Below, piece after piece: positions 30,813 to 38,405 of a stretch of 64,000 nt of DNA. The translations under genes and the position numbers were made by a program. Position 1 is the first letter of the stretch. Every line of letters begins with the position of its first letter. The DNA lies in the NCBI GenBank assembly GCA_963770565.1, contig CAVYQE010000001.1, positions 1,120,001-1,184,000 on the forward strand. The letters run 5' to 3'. The stretch comes from an uncultured Actinomycetota bacterium. Lineage in GTDB: Bacteria > Actinomycetota > Actinomycetes > JAFAQI01. The notes beneath the pieces were generated by a model. That model saw only the letters and a program-made list of their open reading frames with translations, was not told the origin of the DNA and searched no databases.

Positions 30813-31705
30813 CCGCCGTCCTGAGCGCGGATCGGGTCAGCAAGCGGTACGGCCGGAAACCTGCCCTCGACGACTGCACCCTCTCGATCCCGGCCGGGCG
30901 GGTCGCCGGCCTGGTCGGCCCCAACGGTGCCGGCAAGACGACGCTGCTGCATCTCGCGGTCGGTCTGCTGGCGCCGACGTCCGGGTCGATCGAGGTCCTC
31001 GGCGGGGCGCCGGCCGGCGGGCCCGAGCAGTTGGCCCGGGTCGGGTTCGTGGCGCAGGACACTCCGACCTACTCGACGCTGAGCGTCGACGACCACCTGC
31101 GTCTCGGCGCGCGGATGAACCCGACCTGGGACGATGCCGTCGCGCACGAGCGGATCCACAAGCTCGGCCTGGATCCGAAGCAGTGGGCCGGCCGGCTCTC
31201 CGGCGGCCAGCGGGCGCAACTCGCGCTCACGCTCGCGATCGCCAAGCAGCCCGAGCTCCTGCTGTTGGACGAGCCGGTCGCCAGCCTCGACCCGCTGGCT
31301 CGACGCGAGTTCCTCCAGTCGTTGATGGCGCACGTCGCCGAGTACGGCGTCAGCGTGGTGTTGTCCTCACATCTGGTTGCCGACCTCGAGCGGGTGTGTG
31401 ACTACCTGGTCGTGCTGGTCGGCTCGCGGGTGGCGCTCGCGGGCGGGGTCGACGACCTGCTGGCGTCGCACCATCGGCTGATCGGGCCACGACGCGACCT
31501 CGCGTCGCTGCCGGCGAACCAGACCGTGATCGAGGCGAGCCACACCGATCGGCAGTCCACGTTGTTGATCCGCACCGACGATCCCATTCTGGATCCGGCG
31601 TGGACGGTCGAGCAGGTCAGCATGGAAGACCTGGTGCTTGCCTACATGGGCCAGGCGGCGGCGCCCCGGCGCGGGCCATCGCCGGTCGCGGGGACCGACC
31701 GATGA
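30809..31705 (+). CDS. ABC transporter ATP-binding protein
   Basis: GPNGAGKT, LSGGQ, LLLDEP. Confidence 0.95.
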   Translation: MTAVLSADRVSKRYGRKPALDDCTLSIPAGRVAGLVGPNGAGKTTLLHLAVGLLAPTSGSIEVLGGAPAGGPEQLARVGFVAQDTPTYSTLSVDDHLRLGARMNPTWDDAVAHERIHKLGLDPKQWAGRLSGGQRAQLALTLAIAKQPELLLLDEPVASLDPLARREFLQSLMAHVAEYGVSVVLSSHLVADLERVCDYLVVLVGSRVALAGGVDDLLASHHRLIGPRRDLASLPANQTVIEASHTDRQSTLLIRTDDPILDPAWTVEQVSMEDLVLAYMGQAAAPRRGPSPVAGTDR

Positions 31706-32760
31706 CGTGGCTGGCCTGGCGGCAGTTCCGCTTGCCCGCGTTGGCGACGCTGGCCGCGCTCGTCGTCGTGGCAATCGTGTTGGTAAGCACCGGTGTCCAC
31801 CTGCATCACTCCTACGACACCTACCGCACGCAGCTGGCCGGCTGCCAGGCCGCGGGCGGGCGATGCGGTGGTCTCGCGGACGTGTTCCTGAGCCACGACC
31901 ACCACCTCTACCAGTGGATGGGCACGCTGCTGGTCGCCGTACCCGGGGTCATCGCGATGTTCTGGGGGGCGCCGCTGATGACCCGTGAGCTGGAGACCGG
32001 CAGCCATCGGCTGGCGTGGACGCAGAGCGTCACCCGCACCCGCTGGCTGGCGGTCAAGCTCGCTGTCGTCGGCGGTGCGACGCTGCTCACGGTCGGAGCG
32101 CTCAGCCTGATGGTGACCTGGTGGAGCGCCCCGGTCGACCACGTCAACATGGACCGGTTCTCGGCCGAGATCTTCAGCGAACGAGGGCTCGCTCCAATCG
32201 GGTACGCATTCTTCGGGTTCGCCCTCGGGGTAGCGCTGGGGATGCTAATCCGTCGCACGTTGCCGGCGATGGCCGCCACGCTGCTTGGTTTCTTCGTCGC
32301 GCGCCAGGCGATCATCCATTGGGCCCGCCCACACCTGCTGCCCACCAAGACCGCGGCGCTGCCACTCGCGCGGGCACAGGACATCGAGTTCCACGTCGGC
32401 CCGCTGAACACCGCGCAGATCGTCGTGAGCAATCCTCGGTTCCCGAATGTTCTGGTGGTGTCGAGCCATCTTGCCGACAAAGCCGGCCATGCGCCGTCAT
32501 CGGCGACGTTGCAGCAATTCCTGTCCGCGAACTGCCCGAGCATGCTCGCCCCACCGCCACCAACCGGGCGGACGACCAGCAACCCCGCTGCGTTCCAAGC
32601 CTGTGTCAACAAGCTCGCGACGCAGTTCCACGAGGCGGTCGCCTACATCCCGTCGAATCGCTACTGGGCGCTCCAAGGCGCGGAGACCGCTGCCTTCTTG
32701 GCGACCGGTTTGCTCCTGATCGGCCTGTGCTTCTGGTGGATCCGGCACCGGATCAACTGA
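31702..32760 (+). CDS. ABC exporter permease
   Basis: MTWLAWRQFR, FWGAP...RELETG...WTQSVTRTRW; ATGA overlap. Confidence 0.88.
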   Translation: MTWLAWRQFRLPALATLAALVVVAIVLVSTGVHLHHSYDTYRTQLAGCQAAGGRCGGLADVFLSHDHHLYQWMGTLLVAVPGVIAMFWGAPLMTRELETGSHRLAWTQSVTRTRWLAVKLAVVGGATLLTVGALSLMVTWWSAPVDHVNMDRFSAEIFSERGLAPIGYAFFGFALGVALGMLIRRTLPAMAATLLGFFVARQAIIHWARPHLLPTKTAALPLARAQDIEFHVGPLNTAQIVVSNPRFPNVLVVSSHLADKAGHAPSSATLQQFLSANCPSMLAPPPPTGRTTSNPAAFQACVNKLATQFHEAVAYIPSNRYWALQGAETAAFLATGLLLIGLCFWWIRHRIN

Positions 32761-32911
32761 TCCGAGGTGGCTAGCGCGCCGATCCGAACGGCTCGAACAG
32801 TTGACGGGCGAGCAGCGGCAATGGGCGGTTGCCGGCCTGTTCGACCGCGAGCGTCCGGCCGGCGGGCGACTTATACGTCTCTTGCTATAAGTAGCTAACG
32901 ACGCTAGAAGC

Positions 32912-34096
32912 TCAGCCGAGTGACCTGAGGTCGGGAAGCCAGCGCTTCATGAAGCCGTCGAAGAGCGGGACGGTGAAGTCGATCTCGCCGTACCGGGGGG
33001 AGTAGCACAGCGCCTTGCGGATCAGCCCGTCCCTGGTCGGACCGAGCGCGGTGGTCTTCTTCTGCAGCAGGGCCGCGACCTCGCCCGAGCGAACCGGCCC
33101 CGGACCGAGCTCCGCCATCGCGCGCAGGTAGGCGCGCTCGGGGTCGCTCGTCCGGCCGGTACGGACCCGGAAGAACCCGTCGTCGAGCTCGGCGGTTGCG
33201 ACCGGGATGCTGCGCGCGACGTCGTCATCGGTGATCGTCTGCGGCCCGTCCGCGGCGTCCCAGGCTCGCTTGCCGAACTCCTGGAGGAAGTACGGGTAGC
33301 CCTCGGTGACACCCAGCACCCGGTCAAGGGCCGCCGGCTCCCAGCCGACGCCCTCGTCGGCGGCCGGTACGACGAGCGCCTCGCGGGCCTGCTCGGCCGG
33401 CAGTGACCCGATGACCGGGAAGGTGAACATCCGCTCGGCGTAGGACTTGGCCTCGCCGGTCAGGGTGGCCAGCGAGGGCAGGCCGGCTCCCGCGATCGTG
33501 ATCGGGAGCCGGAGCTGAGCAGCCCGGTGCAGGCCCATGACCAGTGCCTCGAGGGTCTGCAAGGCGACGTAGTGCAGCTCGTCGATGGTGATCAGGACGC
33601 CGGCGTCGTGGTCGCGAGCAAGCTCGCCGACCTCGACGAACAGCCCGGACAGGTCGGTTGCGAGATCGCCCGAGTCGGCCGGGCCGGACACCGAGTCGAC
33701 ATCGATGCTGAGCTCGGGACCGCCGGGCAGGCGGATGCTGAACGCCTTGAGTACCCCGAGTGCCCGGAGGATCCGCTCACCGATCCGCTTGCGCGCGTCC
33801 ATCGCGAGCAGGATCCTGCGGATCGCTGCGGCCAGCCGCGGGGCCAGGTCGCCGTCCTCGCCGACCTCGATGTGTTCGTGAAAATAGCCCCGGCCACCCG
33901 CGAGGTGCTCGAACTCGTTGAGCATCACGGTCTTGCCGACGCCGCGCAGCCCGGTGAGCATCTGGCTGCGCCCGTCTCGCCCGAGCCGGAGTCGCCGCAG
34001 CGCGATGTCCATCGCCTCGATCTCCCCGTCGCGGCCCACCAGGGCCGGCGGCCGGGTGCCGGCGCCAGGGCTGTAGGGGTTCAGGACCGGGTCCAT
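32912..34096 (-). CDS. AAA-type ATP-binding protein with probable C-terminal wHTH
   Basis: NPYSPGAG, GLRGVGKT, IDELH, GYPYFLQ, FTVPLF; TATACT -10 6 nt upstream (leaderless). Confidence 0.88.
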   Translation of the reverse strand: MDPVLNPYSPGAGTRPPALVGRDGEIEAMDIALRRLRLGRDGRSQMLTGLRGVGKTVMLNEFEHLAGGRGYFHEHIEVGEDGDLAPRLAAAIRRILLAMDARKRIGERILRALGVLKAFSIRLPGGPELSIDVDSVSGPADSGDLATDLSGLFVEVGELARDHDAGVLITIDELHYVALQTLEALVMGLHRAAQLRLPITIAGAGLPSLATLTGEAKSYAERMFTFPVIGSLPAEQAREALVVPAADEGVGWEPAALDRVLGVTEGYPYFLQEFGKRAWDAADGPQTITDDDVARSIPVATAELDDGFFRVRTGRTSDPERAYLRAMAELGPGPVRSGEVAALLQKKTTALGPTRDGLIRKALCYSPRYGEIDFTVPLFDGFMKRWLPDLRSLG

Positions 34097-34152
34097 GGCG
34101 GCAGTATACGAAGTTTAGAAAGATATAGCTAGTGCCCTATAACTACGCTCTA

Positions 34153-34746
34153 TCACTGCCCGGTGGACCCGGTTGCGGCCAGCGTGCGGGCGACCCGGCG
34201 ATCGGGCACGAGCCAGATCAGCGCGACCGTCACGTAGAGCACGATCGCGGCCCAGCGGTTGGCGAACGCCACCGGGATCGCCACCGTGTAGAGCACCGGA
34301 GAGATCTTGCCCTTGACGTCGCTTCCGACCGCGCTCGCAAGCTTCGAGTCCGGACCCTGAGTGCGAATGATCGCAGTCTGCAGGCCGAAGTAGGCCAGCG
34401 CCGCCGCCAGCAGGACGATGCCGTAGGCGACCACCGGGACGGTGGCGAAGTGGTTCTCGCCCATCCAGCCGGTGGTGAACGGCACCAGCGAGAGCCAGAA
34501 CAGCAGGTGCAGGTTCGCCCAGAGGACCAGCCCGCCGACCTGGTCGGCGGCCATCAGCATGTGATGGTGGTTGTTCCAGTAGATGCCGAGATAGATGAAG
34601 CTCAGTACGTAGGTGAGCAGGGCCGGCAACGTGTGGTGCAGGGCGCCCCAGGTCGTTCCGTGCGGGGTGTGCAGCTCCAGCACCATGACCGTGATCAGGA
34701 TCGCGATCACACCGTCGCTGAAGGCCTCCATCCGGCTGGTCGGCAT
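34153..34746 (-). CDS. TMEM175 family potassium channel
   Basis: RMEAFSDGVIAILITVMVLE, YWNNHHH. Confidence 0.92.
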   Translation of the reverse strand: MPTSRMEAFSDGVIAILITVMVLELHTPHGTTWGALHHTLPALLTYVLSFIYLGIYWNNHHHMLMAADQVGGLVLWANLHLLFWLSLVPFTTGWMGENHFATVPVVAYGIVLLAAALAYFGLQTAIIRTQGPDSKLASAVGSDVKGKISPVLYTVAIPVAFANRWAAIVLYVTVALIWLVPDRRVARTLAATGSTGQ

Positions 34747-34799
34747 GCTGAAACGTTAGTGGGGCACCACAATGGCGAGACCAGGGCGGGCTCGGGTCG

Positions 34800-35603
34800 T
34801 TGAGGGAGAAACCGGTGGGTGAGTATCCGACCTCGTTGGGCGTCTCCGATCCGACGACGATCCGCCTGCTCAACCATGACCTCGCGAGCGAGGTGATGGG
34901 CAACGTCGGGTTCGGCGAGCTGACCTTCTGGCTGATCGCACGCCGACGGCCGACCCCGCAACAGACCCGGGTGTTCGAGGCGGTGCTGGCGGCGTTGGCA
35001 GACCACGGCTTCACCCCGACCGCGATTGCGGCTCGGCTCACCTACCTCAGTGCACCGGACGCGTTGCAGGGCGCCCTTGCCGCGGGGTTGCTCGGTGGCG
35101 GTTCGCGGTTCCTCGGCGTGACCGAGGACACCGGGCGATTCCTCGCCGCCGCTTTGGCCGGAGTTGATGGTGCGTTGCCGAGCGACGATGCAGGTTGGGA
35201 CGAGCTGGCGCGACGCGCGCTGGTCGAGGCCAAGGAGTCCGGACATCACATCCCGGGACTCGGTCATCCGGTGCACAAGGAGATCGACCCGCGCACTCCG
35301 CGGCTCATCGAGATCGCGCACGAGGAATCGACGTACGGGCCTCATCTCGCGTTGTTCGAGGCGATCGGTCGGGTGCACCCCGCCGTGCTCGGACGGCCGC
35401 TGTCGATGAACGGTGCGGGCGTGTGCGGGGCGGCACTCGCCGACCTCGGCCTCCCGGTCGACCTGCTTCGCGGTGTGGCGTTGATCGCGCGCGCCGCGGG
35501 CTTGGTCGGCCAACTCGCCGAGGAACGCGAGCATCCCGCGGCGATGCAGATGTACATGGAGATCGACCACAGTGCTGTCGAGGTCCCGATCGAGCAGTCG
35601 TAA
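34800..35603 (+). CDS. Citryl-CoA lyase / citrate synthase-like protein
   Basis: ADHG, PGLGHPVHK..DPR, ARAAGLVG. Confidence 0.85.
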   Translation: MREKPVGEYPTSLGVSDPTTIRLLNHDLASEVMGNVGFGELTFWLIARRRPTPQQTRVFEAVLAALADHGFTPTAIAARLTYLSAPDALQGALAAGLLGGGSRFLGVTEDTGRFLAAALAGVDGALPSDDAGWDELARRALVEAKESGHHIPGLGHPVHKEIDPRTPRLIEIAHEESTYGPHLALFEAIGRVHPAVLGRPLSMNGAGVCGAALADLGLPVDLLRGVALIARAAGLVGQLAEEREHPAAMQMYMEIDHSAVEVPIEQS

Positions 35604-35678
35604 CCCGACGCGCCCGGACGCGAACGGCCGCGGGCTGACCGACAGGCATGCGGCGCAGTGGCGGGGGAGGATCTAACG

Positions 35679-35963
35679 ATGAGTGAAGCGTGGGCGGCAG
35701 TGGTGGTGGACGATGACCGCGTTCGAGTCACGAGGTGGACCTTCTCCGGCGGCGCCACCACGGGTGAGCACCGGCACGAGTTCGACTACGTCGTTGTGCC
35801 GATAACCGGCGGCTCGTTCACGGTTACGGCTGCCGACGGGTCGGTTCGCGAGATGGTGCAGACGGCCGGAGTCGCGTACCTCGGTAGGGCCGGCACTGAG
35901 CACGAAGTTGCCAACGCCGCGTCGGTGGAGACGGTCTTCGTCGAGATCGAACTGAAGAGTTAG
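35679..35963 (+). CDS. Cupin domain protein
   Basis: HRHEFDYVVVP, GTEHEV. Confidence 0.85.
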   Translation: MSEAWAAVVVDDDRVRVTRWTFSGGATTGEHRHEFDYVVVPITGGSFTVTAADGSVREMVQTAGVAYLGRAGTEHEVANAASVETVFVEIELKS

Positions 35964-36021
35964 CGACGGTCAACAGATAAATGCCGGACGAATTCGCGGC
36001 ACTTCGAGGATCATCGTTGCA

Positions 36022-37209
36022 GTGACACGGACCAAGCGGGGCCCACGCCACGAGTCGAAGCGACTCATCTCGTGGGCATCGATCATCGAGCCGAACACAC
36101 TCGAGCAGGCGCGGACCGCGTCCCAGATGCCGTTCATCTACCCGCACCTCGCCTTGATGCCCGACGCCCATCTCGGCAAGGGGGCGACTGTCGGCTCGGT
36201 GATTCCGACCCTCGGCGCGATCATCCCGGCGGCCGTCGGGGTCGACATCGGCTGCGGCATGATTGCCGTGCGCACCCAGTTCGAGCGGGCAGACTTCGGC
36301 GGCCGGTCGCTCGCCGAGCTTCGCGAGTCGATCGAGCGCGCGATTCCGCTTTCCGCCGGCAAGTACAACTCGGCGCTGACCGAGACCGCGACCGCTCGAT
36401 GCGACGACGACTTGGCGACGATGGACGGTGCGGAGACTGCGCAGCGCCTCGCCCCCAACTGGCGCCTTCAGCTCGGCACGCTCGGGTCGGGCAATCACTT
36501 CATCGAGGTGACCGTCGATGAGAACGACGCGATCTGGCTGTTCCTCCACTCCGGGTCGCGCGGGGTGGGCAACAAGATGGCGCAGCATCACATCCAGCGC
36601 GCGCAGCAGCTGTGCAAGCAGTGGTGGATCCAGCTGCCTGATCCCGACCTGGCCTACCTGGTCGAGGGCACCGAGGACTTCTGGGCCTACATCCGCGACC
36701 TGCGGTGGGCGCAGCATTTCGCGCTGCTCAATCGCGAGGAGATGATGGACCGCGTTGTCGGGTGCGTGACCCAGTGGATCGGTACGCCGGTGGTCGAGCA
36801 GGAGCGGATCAACTGCCACCACAACTTCACGCAGCAGGAGGAGCACTTCGGCAAGCAGGTCTGGCTCTCGCGCAAGGGCGCGATCGAGGCCACGGTCAGC
36901 AAGCCGGGCCTGATCCCCGGATCGATGGGGACGGCGTCGTACGTCGTGGTCGGCAAGGGCAACGCGCTGTCGCTCAACTCCTCGCCGCACGGCGCGGGGC
37001 GCAACTACTCCCGCTCGGCGGCCCGCAAGGCGTTCACCGCGGAGCAGCTTCGCGAGGCGATGGACGGCATCGAGTATCGCGACTCGGACGCGTTCATCGA
37101 CGAGATCCCGCAGGCGTACAAGGACATCGATGAGGTCATGGCCGATGCCGCCGACCTGGTCGAGGTCCGGCACGTGCTGCGCCAGATCGTCAACGTCAAG
37201 GGCGACTGA
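36022..37209 (+). CDS. rtcB: RNA 2',3'-cyclic phosphate/3'-P to 5'-OH ligase RtcB
   Basis: MPDAH, GVDIGCG, GSGNHF, HSGSRG, HHN, RKGA, PGSMG, SPHGAGR. Confidence 0.95.
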   Translation: MTRTKRGPRHESKRLISWASIIEPNTLEQARTASQMPFIYPHLALMPDAHLGKGATVGSVIPTLGAIIPAAVGVDIGCGMIAVRTQFERADFGGRSLAELRESIERAIPLSAGKYNSALTETATARCDDDLATMDGAETAQRLAPNWRLQLGTLGSGNHFIEVTVDENDAIWLFLHSGSRGVGNKMAQHHIQRAQQLCKQWWIQLPDPDLAYLVEGTEDFWAYIRDLRWAQHFALLNREEMMDRVVGCVTQWIGTPVVEQERINCHHNFTQQEEHFGKQVWLSRKGAIEATVSKPGLIPGSMGTASYVVVGKGNALSLNSSPHGAGRNYSRSAARKAFTAEQLREAMDGIEYRDSDAFIDEIPQAYKDIDEVMADAADLVEVRHVLRQIVNVKGD

Positions 37210-37235
37210 TTCGGCGGATTCACCCGGTAAATGCA

Positions 37236-37264
37236 TTGACGCACAACGCCTTTGGCCTCACTCT
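37236..37264 (+). promoter_or_regulatory. Putative sigma70-type promoter of tRNA array
   Basis: TTGACG-N17-CACTCT. Confidence 0.5.
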
Positions 37265-37414
37265 CGACCACGTGCCTGAAACCAGAAGCAATGAATGCGG
37301 TCGCCGACGGCAACCGCATGTGGTGCCGGCGCACCGCGCGTTCGTCGCGCGATCTGACGAGAAGTCGACTCGACTTCGTTAGCTCGCGCAGCGGCGTGTG
37401 ATGCGCCGGCGCGA

Positions 37415-37487
37415 GCGGTGGTCGTCCAACCGGCCAGGATTCCCGGTTCCAACCCGGGCGATGAGGGTTCGAACCCTTCCCACCGTG
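37415..37487 (+). tRNA. tRNA-Trp(CCA)
   Basis: Acceptor GCGGTGG/CCACCGT, loop TT-CCA-AC, T-loop TTCGAAC, G73. Confidence 0.88.
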
Positions 37488-37493
37488 CGGTCG

Positions 37494-37543
37494 CGTGCCC
37501 GAAAGCGGGCGCGGGTCTAGTGAACCTTGAGAACTCCACAGTG
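37494..37543 (+). promoter_or_regulatory. rrn-like boxB hairpin + boxA antitermination element
   Basis: Hairpin CGTGCCCG-AAAG-CGGGCGCG followed by TGAACCTTGAGAACTCCACAGTG. Confidence 0.65.
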
Positions 37544-37588
37544 GTGCCAACGAAAGACGATGCGTCGCCGGTGCGCCGGCGGCGCCTA

Positions 37589-37659
37589 CTGGACGTGGTG
37601 TAGCGGGAGCACGCGTGGTTCGGGTCTACGCGGTGGAGGTTCGACTCCTCCCGTCTGGA
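37589..37659 (+). tRNA. tRNA-Pro(CGG)
   Basis: C1:G72, A73, loop TT-CGG-GT, T-arm GGAGG-TTCGACT-CCTCC. Confidence 0.85.
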
Positions 37660-37671
37660 CGTTTTCGCACA

Positions 37672-37742
37672 GTGGACGTGGTGTAGGGGCAACATGCCTG
37701 GCTTCCACCCAGGCGTCGTGGGTTCGATCCCCACCGTCCGCA
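37672..37742 (+). tRNA. tRNA-Gly(TCC), atypical A73
   Basis: Acceptor GTGGACG/CGTCCGC, loop CT-TCC-AC. Confidence 0.85.
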
Positions 37743-37765
37743 CGGTGCAGCGATGCTGCACTTAG

Positions 37766-37839
37766 GCCGCTCTAGCCCAATTGGTAGAGGTCCGCGGCTC
37801 AGACCCGCGACGGTGAGGGTTCGACTCCCTCGGGCGGCA
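37766..37839 (+). tRNA. tRNA-Leu(CAG) with short variable loop
   Basis: Acceptor GCCGCTC/GGGCGGC, loop CT-CAG-AC, 5-nt variable region, A73. Confidence 0.85.
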
Positions 37840-37860
37840 CTGCATCGCAGGATGCGCAAT

Positions 37861-37931
37861 TCCGGGATGGTCCAACGGAAGGACGCGGGGCTCTGAACCC
37901 CGAGATCGAGGTTCGAGTCCTTGCCCCGGAG
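37861..37931 (+). tRNA. tRNA-Gln(CTG)
   Basis: U1:A72, G73, loop CT-CTG-AA; A7-C66 mismatch. Confidence 0.88.
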
Positions 37932-37941
37932 CTCAGTTCAG

Positions 37942-38014
37942 ACCGCGTGAGCATGTCGGGTCATGCACCGGACTCTTACTCCGGGGAACACGGGTTCAAG
38001 TCCCTGACGCGGTA
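37942..38014 (+). tRNA. tRNA-Lys(CTT), atypical
   Basis: Acceptor ACCGCGT/ACGCGGT, loop CT-CTT-AC; G at position 8 and bulged T-stem. Confidence 0.75.
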
Positions 38015-38020
38015 CGACGA

Positions 38021-38091
38021 TCCGATGTCGCTCAACGGGAGAGCGCCTGATTGTTACTCAGGAGATCGGGGTTCGAGTCCCTGCATCGGAG
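38021..38091 (+). tRNA. tRNA-Asn(GTT)
   Basis: Acceptor TCCGATG/CATCGGA, G73, loop TT-GTT-AC. Confidence 0.9.
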
Positions 38092-38102
38092 CTGTCAATC
38101 CA

Positions 38103-38174
38103 ACCTCCGTGGCTCAACGGATACAGCACCGGCCTACGAAGCCGGGGACGCAGGTTCGACTCCTGCCGGGGGTA
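38103..38174 (+). tRNA. tRNA-Arg(ACG)
   Basis: Acceptor ACCTCCG/CGGGGGT, D-loop GGATA (A20), loop CT-ACG-AA. Confidence 0.9.
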
Positions 38175-38175
38175 C

Positions 38176-38250
38176 GGTGGCTGTCGTCCAACGGCAGGGC
38201 GCCGGGTCGTGATCCCGGTGACGTCGGTTCGACTCCGACCAGTCACCCCA
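38176..38250 (+). tRNA. tRNA-His(GTG) with C33
   Basis: G-1:C73, encoded CCA, loop TC-GTG-AT. Confidence 0.88.
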
Positions 38251-38255
38251 ACCAA

Positions 38256-38321
38256 CGCTGGCGCGGGCGCCGACGAGGTCTCATGAGCCGGGTTCGCGTG
38301 GTTCGACTCCACGGCCAGCGA
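38256..38321 (+). ncRNA. D-armless tRNA-like RNA with CAT anticodon-like loop
   Basis: Perfect acceptor CGCTGGC/GCCAGCG + A, perfect T-arm CGTGG-TTCGACT-CCACG, loop CT-CAT-GA on a 3-bp stem, no D-arm. Confidence 0.65.
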
Positions 38322-38332
38322 CGCACGGTCAA

Positions 38333-38405
38333 GTCTCTGTAGCTCAGCGGAAAGAGCGCCGCCTTCCGAAGGCGGGTGTCGCAGGTTCGAGTCCTGCCGG
38401 GGACA
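38333..38405 (+). tRNA. tRNA-Arg(CCG)
   Basis: Acceptor GTCTCTG/CGGGGAC, loop TT-CCG-AA. Confidence 0.9.

Noticed and set aside
37295-37410. Leader hairpin as Y RNA, SRP RNA or 6S RNA
   Set aside because: No recognisable conserved motifs of these RNAs and no Ro60/TROVE gene in the window; kept only as an unassigned structure.
37797-37805. TCA in the Leu anticodon loop suggesting a Sec/opal suppressor tRNA
   Set aside because: The 5-bp stem places CAG at 34-36, and there is no long variable arm or extended acceptor stem.
36022-38405. tRNA array as prophage or ICE cargo
   Set aside because: No integrase, phage genes, att-like duplication or obvious GC shift in the window.
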